A DNA stretch of 64,000 nt from Candidatus Saccharimonadales bacterium (GTDB lineage: Bacteria; Patescibacteriota; Saccharimonadia; Saccharimonadales; 2-12-FULL-41-12): contig JAYRJB010000008.1 in NCBI GenBank assembly GCA_041906505.1, forward strand, positions 8,053 to 72,052, read 5' to 3'. Each line of letters starts with the position of its first letter. Within the stretch, counting starts at the first letter, position 1. This document shows positions 47,022 to 56,127 of the stretch, piece after piece. The notes under the pieces are model-generated. The model saw only the letters and a program-made list of their open reading frames with translations. It was not told the DNA's origin and ran no database searches. The translations under genes were made by a program, and so were the position numbers.

Positions 47022-47783
47022 ATGCCAAAATCTAAAAAAGTAGCCGATCAATACGATAACGACAACTATAACTACCTTCATTATTGGCAAGGCCGAGACT
47101 ATGAGCACGCTGCCGAAGAGATGGCTATTCGACGTCTGCTGAGGGGTAAGCATTTTTCACACGCAGCGGACATTGGAGGCGGTTATGGGCGGTTATGCGT
47201 GTTGCTAAACGAATATGCTGACAAGGTAACGCTCGCAGAACCCTCAAAAACACAGCTCAAAATTGCCGACGACTATCTAAAGGGCTATAAGGATATCGAC
47301 TACAAGCTCACGCAGGCTGACAATCTTGATTTTAAAAATGGCGAGCTGGATCTTGTCACCATGATTCGGGTGATGCATCATTTGCCAGATCCAACCACCG
47401 AGCTCAAGGAGATATATCGAACATTGTCAATCGACGGTTACTTTGTGTTGGAGCTTGCCAACAACGCTCATGCACGCAACAGGCTCAAGTATGGATTAAA
47501 GGGCAAGTTGATTCCAAAGGAGCCAGTCGATATTCGCTCGGAAAAAAATAAGCGAGCCGAAGAAATTCCTTTCGTGAACCATAATCCCAAAACAGTCATC
47601 AAGCAGCTAGAAGCAACCGGTTTCAAGCTCGAGCGAGTTCTCTCGGTGTCAAACCTGCGCTCGCCTGGGTTAAAAAAGATCGTACCTCGAGGCGTTATGT
47701 TGAGTGTCGAGAAGGTGATGCAGCCGACTTTTGCGAGAACCTTCTTTGGGCCAAGCGTATTCTTTTTACTGAAAAAGAAATAA
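47022..47783 (+). CDS. class I SAM-dependent methyltransferase
   Basis: Motif I DIGGGYGRL and the post-I/II pattern (DLVTMIRVMHH). Confidence 0.75.
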   Translation: MPKSKKVADQYDNDNYNYLHYWQGRDYEHAAEEMAIRRLLRGKHFSHAADIGGGYGRLCVLLNEYADKVTLAEPSKTQLKIADDYLKGYKDIDYKLTQADNLDFKNGELDLVTMIRVMHHLPDPTTELKEIYRTLSIDGYFVLELANNAHARNRLKYGLKGKLIPKEPVDIRSEKNKRAEEIPFVNHNPKTVIKQLEATGFKLERVLSVSNLRSPGLKKIVPRGVMLSVEKVMQPTFARTFFGPSVFFLLKKK

Positions 47784-47791
47784 CCGCTCGC

Positions 47792-49831
47792 ATGAAATTA
47801 GATGCGCCAATTCACTCAGTCAAGGGGGTTGGCGAAAATGTGGCTCGAAAATTCGAAGGCCTTGGCATAGAAACAGTCGGCGATCTGCTGGAGTATTATC
47901 CTCGAAAATATGACGATTATTCTGAGGTGCGTAACACCGTAAGTCTCAAGCCTGGAACAAACGTGACTATTCTAGCCGCTATCAAGCAAATAAAGGGCCG
48001 CTATGTCCGACGTGGCATGCACATTACCGAGGCTATTGCGTCGGATGAGTCTGGAAGCGTCCGGTTGGTATGGTTTAACCAACCTTATAGAGCTACGTCA
48101 ATCAAGCCTCATGAGTACTACTTTATCTCGGGATCATTTGAACTCTCCCGTCAGAAGCTTGCAATTATGAACCCTAGCATGGAGCTTGAGAGCGCGTTTC
48201 CAATAAATACCGCCCGAATAGTGGCAATTTATAAAGAGACTAAAGGCTTAACTTCGTCGGGAATAAGAAAGTTGCTTGCTCGTCTTCGGAATGAGATTCC
48301 TAAGCTGCCGGAAACCTTGCCAAAAAAGCTTGTTGAATCGAATGGCCTTATGTCGCGTAGTGAGGCAATAATGGCCATTCATTTTCCGAACGACGCAAGG
48401 CAGCTTGCGCGGGCGAAGGAACGATTGAGCTTTGAAGAGCTTTTTGCAGTGTCGCTAGCAGGTCTCCTAAATAAGCAGCAATTTGCCAGCTACTCGGGGG
48501 TTCCGATTCCATTCAATGAAGCTGTTGCGCAGTCGTTTGTGAAAGCGCTTGGCCATTCACTTACCGATGCCCAGCGCAAGGTTACTTGGCGGGTATACAA
48601 AGATCTCGAGGCAACCCGACCCATGAATCGGCTCATTGAGGGGGATGTCGGTTCTGGAAAGACCTTAGTTGCAGCAATGGCGGCAGCAATGGCAGTTCAC
48701 GCTGGTTACCAAGTTGCACTAATGGCTCCAACCGAGATTTTGGCAGGGCAGCACGCCAAAACGATGCATGACTACCTTGATCCAATTGGCTTTTCGGACA
48801 CGATTGCTTTGCTAATCGGTAGCATGAAAGAGCCACAAAAAAAGACTGCCAGAAAATGCATCGCTGGCGGCTTGGCGAGGCTGATTATTGGCACCCATGC
48901 CCTTATTGCTGACAAAGTTGATATGCACAAACTTGGCTTGGTGATTATTGATGAACAGCACCGATTTGGCGTCGAGCAGCGAGAAAGACTTCTAAAAAAA
49001 GCTGGCCGTATGCCCCATGTGCTGACGCTAACTGCCACGCCAATTCCGCGAACACTTGCGCTAACACTCTACGGTGAACTCGATATTTCAATAATTGATG
49101 AACTGCCACCTGGCAGGGCGCCAATCAAGACCAAAATTGTTTCGCCGAACTCTCGGGGTCCAATGTACAGTCACGTTCGTGAACAGCTAAAAAACGGGCG
49201 ACAAGCATTTGTTGTCTGTCCGCTAATCTCGCAGTCGCAAACAGCGAAGCAATTGTCAGCCGAGGTCGTATTTGAAGATCTGTCCAAAAAAGTTTTTCCA
49301 GAATTTCGTGTGGGCTTACTTCACGGCAAGCAGAAGAGCACGATAAAAGAAAAAATTATGCAAGATTTTGTGGACGGCGCTTTGGATGTACTGGTGTCAA
49401 CCACAGTTATCGAGGTTGGTGTCGATGTTCCAAATGCAACGATAATGCTAATTGAAGGAGCTGAACGATTTGGGCTGGCACAAGTGCATCAGCTCCGTGG
49501 CCGAGTGGGGAGAGGCATACATGGCGGAACATGTTTTTTGGTAATGAGCGATAGCCAAGCGCCGCCAGCCAGAATCAAAGCCCTCGAAACGATCCAGGAC
49601 GGCTTCAAGTTGGCAGAACTTGATTTAGAAATTCGGGGACCGGGCGCTATTTATGGTCGGGCTCAGCATGGGCAGCTCGATCTTCAGATTGCCAATCTCA
49701 CAGACGCAAAACTCATTTCCAGAGTCCGAGGGGCAGCTAAGCAGTGGGTTGAGAAAGAAGTCCAGGTTGACGCATATCCAGAGTTAAAAAAGCAAGTCGA
49801 TCAATATCGAAGAATTACAAATCTAAATTGA
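47792..49831 (+). CDS. recG: ATP-dependent DNA helicase RecG
   Basis: Wedge/OB N-terminal domain, helicase motifs GDVGSGKT, DEQHRFG, TATPIPRT, QLRGRVGRG. Confidence 0.95.
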   Translation: MKLDAPIHSVKGVGENVARKFEGLGIETVGDLLEYYPRKYDDYSEVRNTVSLKPGTNVTILAAIKQIKGRYVRRGMHITEAIASDESGSVRLVWFNQPYRATSIKPHEYYFISGSFELSRQKLAIMNPSMELESAFPINTARIVAIYKETKGLTSSGIRKLLARLRNEIPKLPETLPKKLVESNGLMSRSEAIMAIHFPNDARQLARAKERLSFEELFAVSLAGLLNKQQFASYSGVPIPFNEAVAQSFVKALGHSLTDAQRKVTWRVYKDLEATRPMNRLIEGDVGSGKTLVAAMAAAMAVHAGYQVALMAPTEILAGQHAKTMHDYLDPIGFSDTIALLIGSMKEPQKKTARKCIAGGLARLIIGTHALIADKVDMHKLGLVIIDEQHRFGVEQRERLLKKAGRMPHVLTLTATPIPRTLALTLYGELDISIIDELPPGRAPIKTKIVSPNSRGPMYSHVREQLKNGRQAFVVCPLISQSQTAKQLSAEVVFEDLSKKVFPEFRVGLLHGKQKSTIKEKIMQDFVDGALDVLVSTTVIEVGVDVPNATIMLIEGAERFGLAQVHQLRGRVGRGIHGGTCFLVMSDSQAPPARIKALETIQDGFKLAELDLEIRGPGAIYGRAQHGQLDLQIANLTDAKLISRVRGAAKQWVEKEVQVDAYPELKKQVDQYRRITNLN

Positions 49832-49846
49832 TGTGATGAATATGAA

Positions 49847-50374
49847 ATGAGAATAATTACTGGTGAGTTTGGCGGCAGAATAATCGAGTCGCCAAAAGGA
49901 CACAGAACCCATCCTATGAGCGAAAAGGTAAGGGGTGCGTTGTTCTCGATGCTGGGGGATATTACTGGGCTTCGAGTGCTTGATGGGTTTTCTGGCAGCG
50001 GCGCACTTGCCCTTGAAGCGATAAGTCGAGGCGCTGAGTTCGCGGTAGCTGTCGAATGTAGTGTAAAAGCTCACGCGACGATCAAAAAAAACGTTCGTGC
50101 GCTTGGTGTTGAATCTCGAGTGAAGGTCGTGCGGGCAAATATTGCTGGCTGGTCAGCACGAAGCCAAGAATTATTTGACGTAGTGCTGCTGGATCCGCCG
50201 TACAATTACTTGCAGGTCGAACTGATTGCAAAACTTTCTAAACATGTCAATTCTGGCGGGATGCTGGTGCTTTCATGGCCTGGAGACGAAAGACCGATTA
50301 AGATCAAAGAATGTAATCTAATAAAGTCTGGAAATTACGGGGATGCGACACTACACTTTTATCGTAAAAATTGA
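49847..50374 (+). CDS. rsmD: 16S rRNA (guanine966-N2)-methyltransferase RsmD
   Basis: RII.G...GR.......RP....R.ALF, D.F.GSGAL.LEA.SRGA and DPPY motifs. Confidence 0.85.
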   Translation: MRIITGEFGGRIIESPKGHRTHPMSEKVRGALFSMLGDITGLRVLDGFSGSGALALEAISRGAEFAVAVECSVKAHATIKKNVRALGVESRVKVVRANIAGWSARSQELFDVVLLDPPYNYLQVELIAKLSKHVNSGGMLVLSWPGDERPIKIKECNLIKSGNYGDATLHFYRKN

Positions 50375-50410
50375 CAATCGCTCATAAAAAGTATTTAATC
50401 AAGCATTATT

Positions 50411-51088
50411 ATGGCGAGTAAAAAATCAAGACGCCCCAACCAAAGAAATTTCCGGCATGCCCGTAAGTTTCTGTCTGGTTTGCCAGAATTTCCTTCAAAA
50501 CAATCCGGTGGGGCAGCTATTGAGACAAGGAATGGACACAGTCGTTTTGAGGTGATACGGCCAGTTAGCTTTGATGATGGCTATCGACGGCTGGGAGGTC
50601 AAGTGGCCAAAATTACTAAAAAATACCTAAGAGACGAAGGCGTGGAGGTTCTTCGTAGTCCAACGGTGCCTATCGTAACTGCGGGGCGATTTGAGACAAT
50701 TCAAAAGACAGCCCAAGAGTTTGGCGTGGGATTTGATCCAATCGATATGCTTGTAGGTGCTCGCACTCGACCACCTTTGCTCTTCGGCGAAGTGGTGGAC
50801 GTGGTCACTCTACCAAATGCTCCACACTCTGCGCACGACTATAGGGTCGCACTAAGACTTGATGTGACAACTAAACAAAACTTGCAAGACGACTCTGAGA
50901 AGCTTTTGGCTTTTTGTGATCTCAGCCGAGTAAATATTGGCCTCAGTAATCATTCCAACCCGACGGTCAGTATTGCCAAATCGAATGATCTTGGGCTGAT
51001 GTATTCTATGCGCTCCAAGATCGAAGAATTAGGCGTGCAAAGCGCTGGTGTGGTGCTTGGTCGTATTTCTATGCGCACCCTCCGCTAG
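50411..51088 (+). CDS. hypothetical protein (225 aa, basic N-terminus)
   Basis: Long ORF with coding-like composition; no recognisable family. Confidence 0.5.
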   Translation: MASKKSRRPNQRNFRHARKFLSGLPEFPSKQSGGAAIETRNGHSRFEVIRPVSFDDGYRRLGGQVAKITKKYLRDEGVEVLRSPTVPIVTAGRFETIQKTAQEFGVGFDPIDMLVGARTRPPLLFGEVVDVVTLPNAPHSAHDYRVALRLDVTTKQNLQDDSEKLLAFCDLSRVNIGLSNHSNPTVSIAKSNDLGLMYSMRSKIEELGVQSAGVVLGRISMRTLR

Positions 51089-51104
51089 GTCGTGCATTAC
51101 CCCT

Positions 51105-51133
51105 TTGCGTTCACCCGAGATACCTTGTAGAAT
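51105..51133 (+). promoter_or_regulatory. candidate promoter TTGCGT-N17-TAGAAT for tRNA-Leu
   Basis: Hexamers at 51105-51110 and 51128-51133. The tRNA 5' end lies 22 nt downstream of the -10. Confidence 0.5.
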
Positions 51134-51154
51134 AGTGGAGTCAATTTTGTTCTT

Positions 51155-51239
51155 GCGCGAGTGGTGGAATTGGTAGACACGCTAGTCTTAGGAACTAGTG
51201 CCGCAAGGCGTGAAGGTTCAAGTCCTTTCTCGCGCACCA
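51155..51239 (+). tRNA. tRNA-Leu (anticodon TAG), class II with long variable arm, CCA encoded
   Basis: Acceptor GCGCGAG/CTCGCGC, D arm GTG..CAC, anticodon stem CTAGT/ACTAG with loop CTTAGGA, variable arm GCC-GCAA-GGC, T arm GAAGG-TTCAAGT-CCTTT, discriminator A plus CCA. Confidence 0.9.
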
Positions 51240-51249
51240 AAAATAATAT

Positions 51250-51278
51250 GGCGACCACCATGGTCGCCTTCTTGTTTT
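51250..51278 (+). terminator. bidirectional rho-independent terminator between tRNA-Leu and the convergent membrane-protein gene
   Basis: GGCGACCA / CCA loop / TGGTCGCC 8-bp GC-rich stem, followed by TTCTTGTTTT. An A/T-rich tract on the other side serves the minus-strand gene ending at 51297. Confidence 0.7.
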
Positions 51279-51296
51279 ATACACGAATGCGGAGTA

Positions 51297-51620
51297 TTAA
51301 AACGGTGGTTCTAGCAGCTTGACAACGAACCAGGCACCGAGCGCCACGCCAATTACGTCAAATACGATGTCGGAGAGTGAATTACGTAAAGTTTCGTAAC
51401 CGAACACAATACCTCTTTTTGCCAGCAAGGGCGACAAGACGAAAATTTCAAGTGGTTCCCAGAGTACCAGTATTGCCAGAGCAATAAAGGGGTCAAGTAG
51501 CCAACCCAGCACAATACCAGAAATAAGATGGATAACGCTCCATACGTCAAAAAGAGAGCCGTTGCGTTCAGCTCTCTTTTTTAGTTGGCGAAGCAGTGGT
51601 GTTGATTTTGATTTTTTCAC
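51297..51620 (-). CDS. hypothetical small integral membrane protein (3 predicted TM)
   Basis: 107 aa with a basic N-terminus and three hydrophobic helices. No family recognised. Confidence 0.5.
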   Translation of the reverse strand: MKKSKSTPLLRQLKKRAERNGSLFDVWSVIHLISGIVLGWLLDPFIALAILVLWEPLEIFVLSPLLAKRGIVFGYETLRNSLSDIVFDVIGVALGAWFVVKLLEPPF

Positions 51621-51650
51621 AAGTTAGTTTTTTGCTGATAGTTGTTTCTT

Positions 51651-52349
51651 TTAAGAAACTTTTGCAACTTTTTTACCAGTTACAACGCTATAAATGTACG
51701 CCGGGAGACAAAGGTACGCAATGCTAAGCGCCAAGGTAATAATATTGCCAATGAGGGGAACGTACGATGGCAAGTTGATAACAAAAAATACTAACAATAC
51801 ACCAACTACTGGCTTCCAGTACTCCTTTGTGAGTTCATAGCTGGCCTTCATAGATTCAATAACACCCAAGTTTTTGTCGACGAGCAAGTATGGGGCGGCA
51901 CTGAGGAAAAATGCAATAAGTAGGCCAGGAATAATGAACACGATCAACCCGGCAACAATCGCAATCCACGACAAAACACCAAGCCCAATATAACGCAGTA
52001 CATATTTTTGTCCTTGCTTTAAGGCATCTTGAAATTCAACCTTTTTCCCTTGTACGCTGGCTAATTGGGCCAGAACGATGGCTGGCAAGATGAACAACCA
52101 AAGAACAAATACGGCCATAAGCCCAACAATCATCAAGATTACCGCTGTTGCCGTTCCTGCATCGGTTCCTGTGATTGCTGGAAGGATTAACAGAGGCGTC
52201 GCAAGAATAAGCAACACTGTAGGGATGAGGTAGAGCAGCAACAGAGTGACAAGATTGAGTTTTACCGCCTCCCAGCTCTCTTTGATGTTTTTAAAAATAC
52301 TCCCGGTAACTTCAAAAAAGTCTCCATCACGTAACTGTTTTGCGTCCAT
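51651..52349 (-). CDS. hypothetical polytopic membrane protein (5-6 TM)
   Basis: 232 aa of alternating hydrophobic helices and short loops. Resembles DUF975/YciC-like membrane proteins, but I cannot confirm this. Confidence 0.55.
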   Translation of the reverse strand: MDAKQLRDGDFFEVTGSIFKNIKESWEAVKLNLVTLLLLYLIPTVLLILATPLLILPAITGTDAGTATAVILMIVGLMAVFVLWLFILPAIVLAQLASVQGKKVEFQDALKQGQKYVLRYIGLGVLSWIAIVAGLIVFIIPGLLIAFFLSAAPYLLVDKNLGVIESMKASYELTKEYWKPVVGVLLVFFVINLPSYVPLIGNIITLALSIAYLCLPAYIYSVVTGKKVAKVS

Positions 52350-52438
52350 TTTGGCACCTCCGTTAATTTCTATAGCTATATAACACCCTCAAGTACTAGG
52401 TGGTCAAGAGCTATACAAACCAGGTATACTTTTTTGTA

Positions 52439-53695
52439 ATGAAGTTATCCACACAACCGTATAAAGGGGCTCGTGATTTCTATCCAAGCGACAAACGTAT
52501 TCAAGACTATATGTTTGGCAAAATTAGACGGGTTGTACAATCGTTTGGTTATCAAGAATATGACGCTCCAATTATTGAACCCCTTGATCTATATCGAGCC
52601 AAAACGGGTGACGAGATCGTAAATGAGCAACTTTATAGTTTTGTGGACAGAGGCAATAGGGAGGTAGCGTTGCGACCAGAGATGACTCCTACAGTAAGCA
52701 GGATGGTTGCGGCCAAACGGCAAGAGCTTGCGTATCCTTTGCGGTGGTTTTCTATCCCGAATCTATGGCGCTATGAGAGGCCACAGCGGGGAAGACTCCG
52801 AGAACATTGGCAGCTGAACGTTGATATATTTGGCGAAGCTGGCATTGCGGCTGAGCACGAAGTTATTTTGATTGCTGATCAAATTCTAAAAAGCTTTGGG
52901 GCAACGTCTGATATGTATGAGGTACGCGTCAATTCTCGCGTAGAACTAAATAAAAGGATTGCTGCTGCCGAACCTACAAAGAATGTAAACGACGTCGTGC
53001 GCCTTATTGACGCATTAGAAAAACTTGAGAAGAACGAGTTTCTTTCGAAACTGGCGGAGACGGTAGAGAAGCCTGGTGAGCTGTATGACTTTCTGCACCG
53101 GGACGGCCCTTCAGAGTCAGAGAAAGAGCTGCTTGAGCTTTGTGCGAAAAGCGGTATCAATGCCGTCTACAAACCGAGCTTGGCGAGAGGGTTTGATTAC
53201 TATACCGACATTGTCTTTGAGGTTTTTGACACCAACCCCGAGAACAATCGAAGCATGTTTGGTGGCGGTCGCTACGACGGCTTGGTCGGATTGTTTGGGG
53301 TCGAGCCTGTACCGACTGTTGGGTTTGGTATGGGAGATGTGACATTGCGGAATTTCTTAGAGTCACATAATTTACTGCCACAACTACAACCCAAAGTTGA
53401 TATTGTGGTGCTGCTTGTTGGGGATGTGTATGCTCGGTCGCAAGAGGTTCTGTCGGAGCTTCGAAAGGTTGGCCTGCGCGTTGCCGTGGATGCAACCGAT
53501 CGAAAAATTGCCACTAAGTTGAATCATGCCGAAAAATCGGGAGTTTCGCACGCACTATTTGTGGGTGAAAATGAGCTTTCTAGCGGAAGCTATAGGGTCA
53601 AAAATCTACATAATAAGGAAGAGCAAACAATGAGTCTCGCATCATTTTCTAGCTATATGCGCGACCATGTGGATAGCCAGCATCCAGAGAAGTGA
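52439..53695 (+). CDS. hisS: histidine--tRNA ligase
   Basis: G.RD..P, LRPE.T and RYERPQRGR.RE..Q class II motifs plus a C-terminal anticodon-binding domain. ATG 52439 chosen (MKLSTQPYKGARDF). Confidence 0.9.
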   Translation: MKLSTQPYKGARDFYPSDKRIQDYMFGKIRRVVQSFGYQEYDAPIIEPLDLYRAKTGDEIVNEQLYSFVDRGNREVALRPEMTPTVSRMVAAKRQELAYPLRWFSIPNLWRYERPQRGRLREHWQLNVDIFGEAGIAAEHEVILIADQILKSFGATSDMYEVRVNSRVELNKRIAAAEPTKNVNDVVRLIDALEKLEKNEFLSKLAETVEKPGELYDFLHRDGPSESEKELLELCAKSGINAVYKPSLARGFDYYTDIVFEVFDTNPENNRSMFGGGRYDGLVGLFGVEPVPTVGFGMGDVTLRNFLESHNLLPQLQPKVDIVVLLVGDVYARSQEVLSELRKVGLRVAVDATDRKIATKLNHAEKSGVSHALFVGENELSSGSYRVKNLHNKEEQTMSLASFSSYMRDHVDSQHPEK

Positions 53696-53711
53696 CAAAG
53701 GGGAACTTCTC

Positions 53712-53720
53712 TGGTAGAAT
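53712..53720 (+). promoter_or_regulatory. extended -10 element TGgTAGAAT, 8 nt upstream of the tig ATG
   Basis: Read directly; no SD. Confidence 0.45.
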
Positions 53721-53728
53721 AGTCGTCT

Positions 53729-55000
53729 ATGCATGTTCAAAGGACCGATAATTCCACAACAGAAGTAACTCTTACAATTACCGCCGGCGAGTCAAGCCTT
53801 GCGCCAATTAAGCAAGTTGTTGTTCAGAAACTGGCACCAAAAGTTAAGCTCCAGGGTTTTCGGGAAGGCAAAGCCCCGCTCGGCCTTATTGAGAAAAACA
53901 TTGATCCAAAGGTGCTGCAGACTGAATTTTTAGACGAGGCCCTTACGGTTCTGTATATGAAAGCAACCGAGCAGGAAAAAATTCGGCCAGTTACGCGGCC
54001 GCAAGTAAATATCAAAAAGTTTGTACCATTTACGGACTTAGAGTTTGCAGTAACCACTGGGGTGATTGGCAAGATTGGTCTGCCAAATTATAAGAAAATT
54101 TCTGTCAGTAAAGAAGCTGTGAAAGTGACCGATAAGGATGTTCAAGAAGTTATTAATTCGCTAAAGATTAGGTTAGCTGACATGACCGATGTTGATCGTG
54201 CGTCTAAGAAGGGCGACCAAGTCTGGATTGATTTTAAGGGGACCGACGAAAAAGGCAAGCCAATCCAAGGAGCAGACGGCAAGGAGTATCCGTTACTGTT
54301 GGGTAGCGATACATTTATTCCGGGGTTCGAAACAAACATTATTGGCATGAAAGCCGGTGACAAAAAAACCTTTCCATTAACGTTTCCAAAAGCCTACGGC
54401 GTGCGAGCTCTCGCGAATAAGAAGGTTATTTTTGAGGTTTCTCTCAGCAAAGTTCAGCTTGTAGAGGAGCCAAAAGAAGATGATGAATTTGCCAAAAAGG
54501 CTGGCCCATTTACCACACTCGCGCAGTTGCGGGACGACATCAGAGCGCAGCTAAAGATAGAGCGAGAACGTGAGGCAACGACAAAACAGCAGGATGAAAT
54601 TGTGCGCACTTTGGTTTCCAAGTCTTCTGTCGGCATACCGAAGGAGTTAATTGAGCAGCAAACTGACTATAGCTTTAACGACCTCAAGCAAAATCTTGCG
54701 CAACGTGGACAAACATTAGAAGAATTCCTTGAGCTTGAAGCCAAAAGCGAATCACAGTATCGAGATGAAGTGGTGCGCCCCCAAGCAGAAAATCAGCTCA
54801 AAACAAGCCTGGTGCTTGCCGAGATCGCTGATGTGGAGCATCTTGTGGTTACACCAGAAGAGCTTGAAGTTCGCCTACAGCTGCTTAAGGGTCAATACCA
54901 AGACCCAAAAATGCAAGCCGAACTCGACAAAGAAGAAAATCGACGTGACATTGCGTCTCGTATGCTGAGCGAAAAAGTCCTTGCGCTAATCACCCAGTAA
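53729..55000 (+). CDS. tig: trigger factor
   Basis: N-terminal ribosome-binding region (GFREGKAP), central FKBP-like domain, C-terminal helical arm domain. Confidence 0.9.
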   Translation: MHVQRTDNSTTEVTLTITAGESSLAPIKQVVVQKLAPKVKLQGFREGKAPLGLIEKNIDPKVLQTEFLDEALTVLYMKATEQEKIRPVTRPQVNIKKFVPFTDLEFAVTTGVIGKIGLPNYKKISVSKEAVKVTDKDVQEVINSLKIRLADMTDVDRASKKGDQVWIDFKGTDEKGKPIQGADGKEYPLLLGSDTFIPGFETNIIGMKAGDKKTFPLTFPKAYGVRALANKKVIFEVSLSKVQLVEEPKEDDEFAKKAGPFTTLAQLRDDIRAQLKIEREREATTKQQDEIVRTLVSKSSVGIPKELIEQQTDYSFNDLKQNLAQRGQTLEEFLELEAKSESQYRDEVVRPQAENQLKTSLVLAEIADVEHLVVTPEELEVRLQLLKGQYQDPKMQAELDKEENRRDIASRMLSEKVLALITQ

Positions 55001-55021
55001 CGAGCTATACTTTCTCTAGGT

Positions 55022-55447
55022 ATGGCTGAAGCGGTGTTCCAATTAGGGCAAAAGGCATTAATTATCAATGAGCACGATGAGGCATTGATGGTGTCGTGTC
55101 GGAGTACCCGTGACCCCAAAATTATTTTGCATGATTTTCCTGGCGGACGAGTTGATCTAGATGAACACAATCTGCACGATTCACTACAAAGAGAACTCCA
55201 AGAAGAGTTAGGCATTCAAGCTGAAGTTCATGATCTTTTAGCAGCCACAATCGCACCGCATCATATAACGTCTCGACCACGCGTGCTGCTTTTGGTGTAT
55301 CACTGCTCTATCAAGTCGGGCCAGATCATGCCCAATAACGAAATTATTGGTTACGAGTGGGTACCAATAGACATGGTCCACAAGATGCCCCATGCTCGCT
55401 ACAGCAAAGAAGTGATCGCCAAAATAAAGACCAAATTGGCAATCTAG
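55022..55447 (+). CDS. NUDIX hydrolase
   Basis: Nudix box GGRVDLDEHNLHDSLQRELQEELG (GX5EX7REUXEEXGU pattern). Confidence 0.8.
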   Translation: MAEAVFQLGQKALIINEHDEALMVSCRSTRDPKIILHDFPGGRVDLDEHNLHDSLQRELQEELGIQAEVHDLLAATIAPHHITSRPRVLLLVYHCSIKSGQIMPNNEIIGYEWVPIDMVHKMPHARYSKEVIAKIKTKLAI

Positions 55448-55470
55448 CACTCTAAGTTGACGAGTGCTAA
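55444..55470 (+). promoter_or_regulatory. CIRCE-like inverted repeat (HrcA operator) upstream of clpP
   Basis: CTAGCACTC-N9-GAGTGCTAA versus consensus TTAGCACTC-N9-GAGTGCTAA (17/18). The left arm overlaps the NUDIX stop codon. Confidence 0.75.
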
Positions 55471-55485
55471 TTTTGGGGATATACT
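55457..55485 (+). promoter_or_regulatory. clpP promoter TTGACG-N17-TATACT, with the -35 inside the CIRCE element
   Basis: Hexamers at 55457-55462 and 55480-55485. ATG 55494 is 8 nt after the -10, with no SD. Confidence 0.6.
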
Positions 55486-55493
55486 CTTTAGTT

Positions 55494-56084
55494 ATGAGCG
55501 TACTTATTCCAACAGTTATTGAACAAGAAGGTCGTATCGAGCGCGCATACGATATCTATAGTCGGCTTCTCAAAGACAGAATAATTTTTTTGGGAACTGA
55601 TGTGAACGAACATACCGCAAATCTCATTGTTGCTCAGCTATTATTTTTGGCAAATGAGGATCCTAAAAAAGATATCTCTTTCTACATAAATAGTCCTGGT
55701 GGAAGTGTCTATGACGCGTTAGCGGTATACGACACCATGCAATTCATCCAACCCGATGTCGCAACCTACGGTATCGGCGTTCAAGCAAGCGCAGCTGCAT
55801 TTTTGTTGTCCAGTGGCAAAAAAGGTAAACGCCATCTGCTTGAACACGCAACCGTGATGATTCATCAACCATCAAGCGGCACTCGTGGAAAAGTCACCGA
55901 TCAAGAGATAGATCTTCGGGAATCACTTCGGGTTAAAAAATTACTTGAGGAGATTATGGCAAAAAATACAGGGCAAAAATTGAGCAAGATACACGTTGAT
56001 ATGGAGCGAGACTTTTGGATGACCTCAGAAGAAGCGAAAAAATACGGAGTTGTCGATAAAATCATAGAAGCTGTTTCTAAATAA
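55494..56084 (+). CDS. clpP: ATP-dependent Clp protease proteolytic subunit
   Basis: [24 protein letters not shown], catalytic Ser context (QASAAA), IHQP (His), RDFWM..EA (Asp). Confidence 0.95.
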   Translation: MSVLIPTVIEQEGRIERAYDIYSRLLKDRIIFLGTDVNEHTANLIVAQLLFLANEDPKKDISFYINSPGGSVYDALAVYDTMQFIQPDVATYGIGVQASAAAFLLSSGKKGKRHLLEHATVMIHQPSSGTRGKVTDQEIDLRESLRVKKLLEEIMAKNTGQKLSKIHVDMERDFWMTSEEAKKYGVVDKIIEAVSK

Positions 56085-56098
56085 CGACACAAAAGATG

Positions 56099-56127
56099 TT
56101 GACAGGCGAACGCCGGGCAGTCATAAT
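56099..56127 (+). promoter_or_regulatory. near-consensus sigma70 promoter TTGACA-N17-CATAAT about 190 nt upstream of rpoB
   Basis: Hexamers at 56099-56104 and 56122-56127, with an exact 17-nt spacer. Confidence 0.6.

Noticed and set aside
47178-47197. Perfect 10-bp tandem duplication GGCGGTTATG GGCGGTTATG.
   Set aside because: It lies inside the SAM-binding motif I (DIGGGYGRL) of the methyltransferase. The period is not a multiple of 3 and the reading frame is intact. It is a coincidence of Gly/Tyr/Arg codons, not a repeat element.
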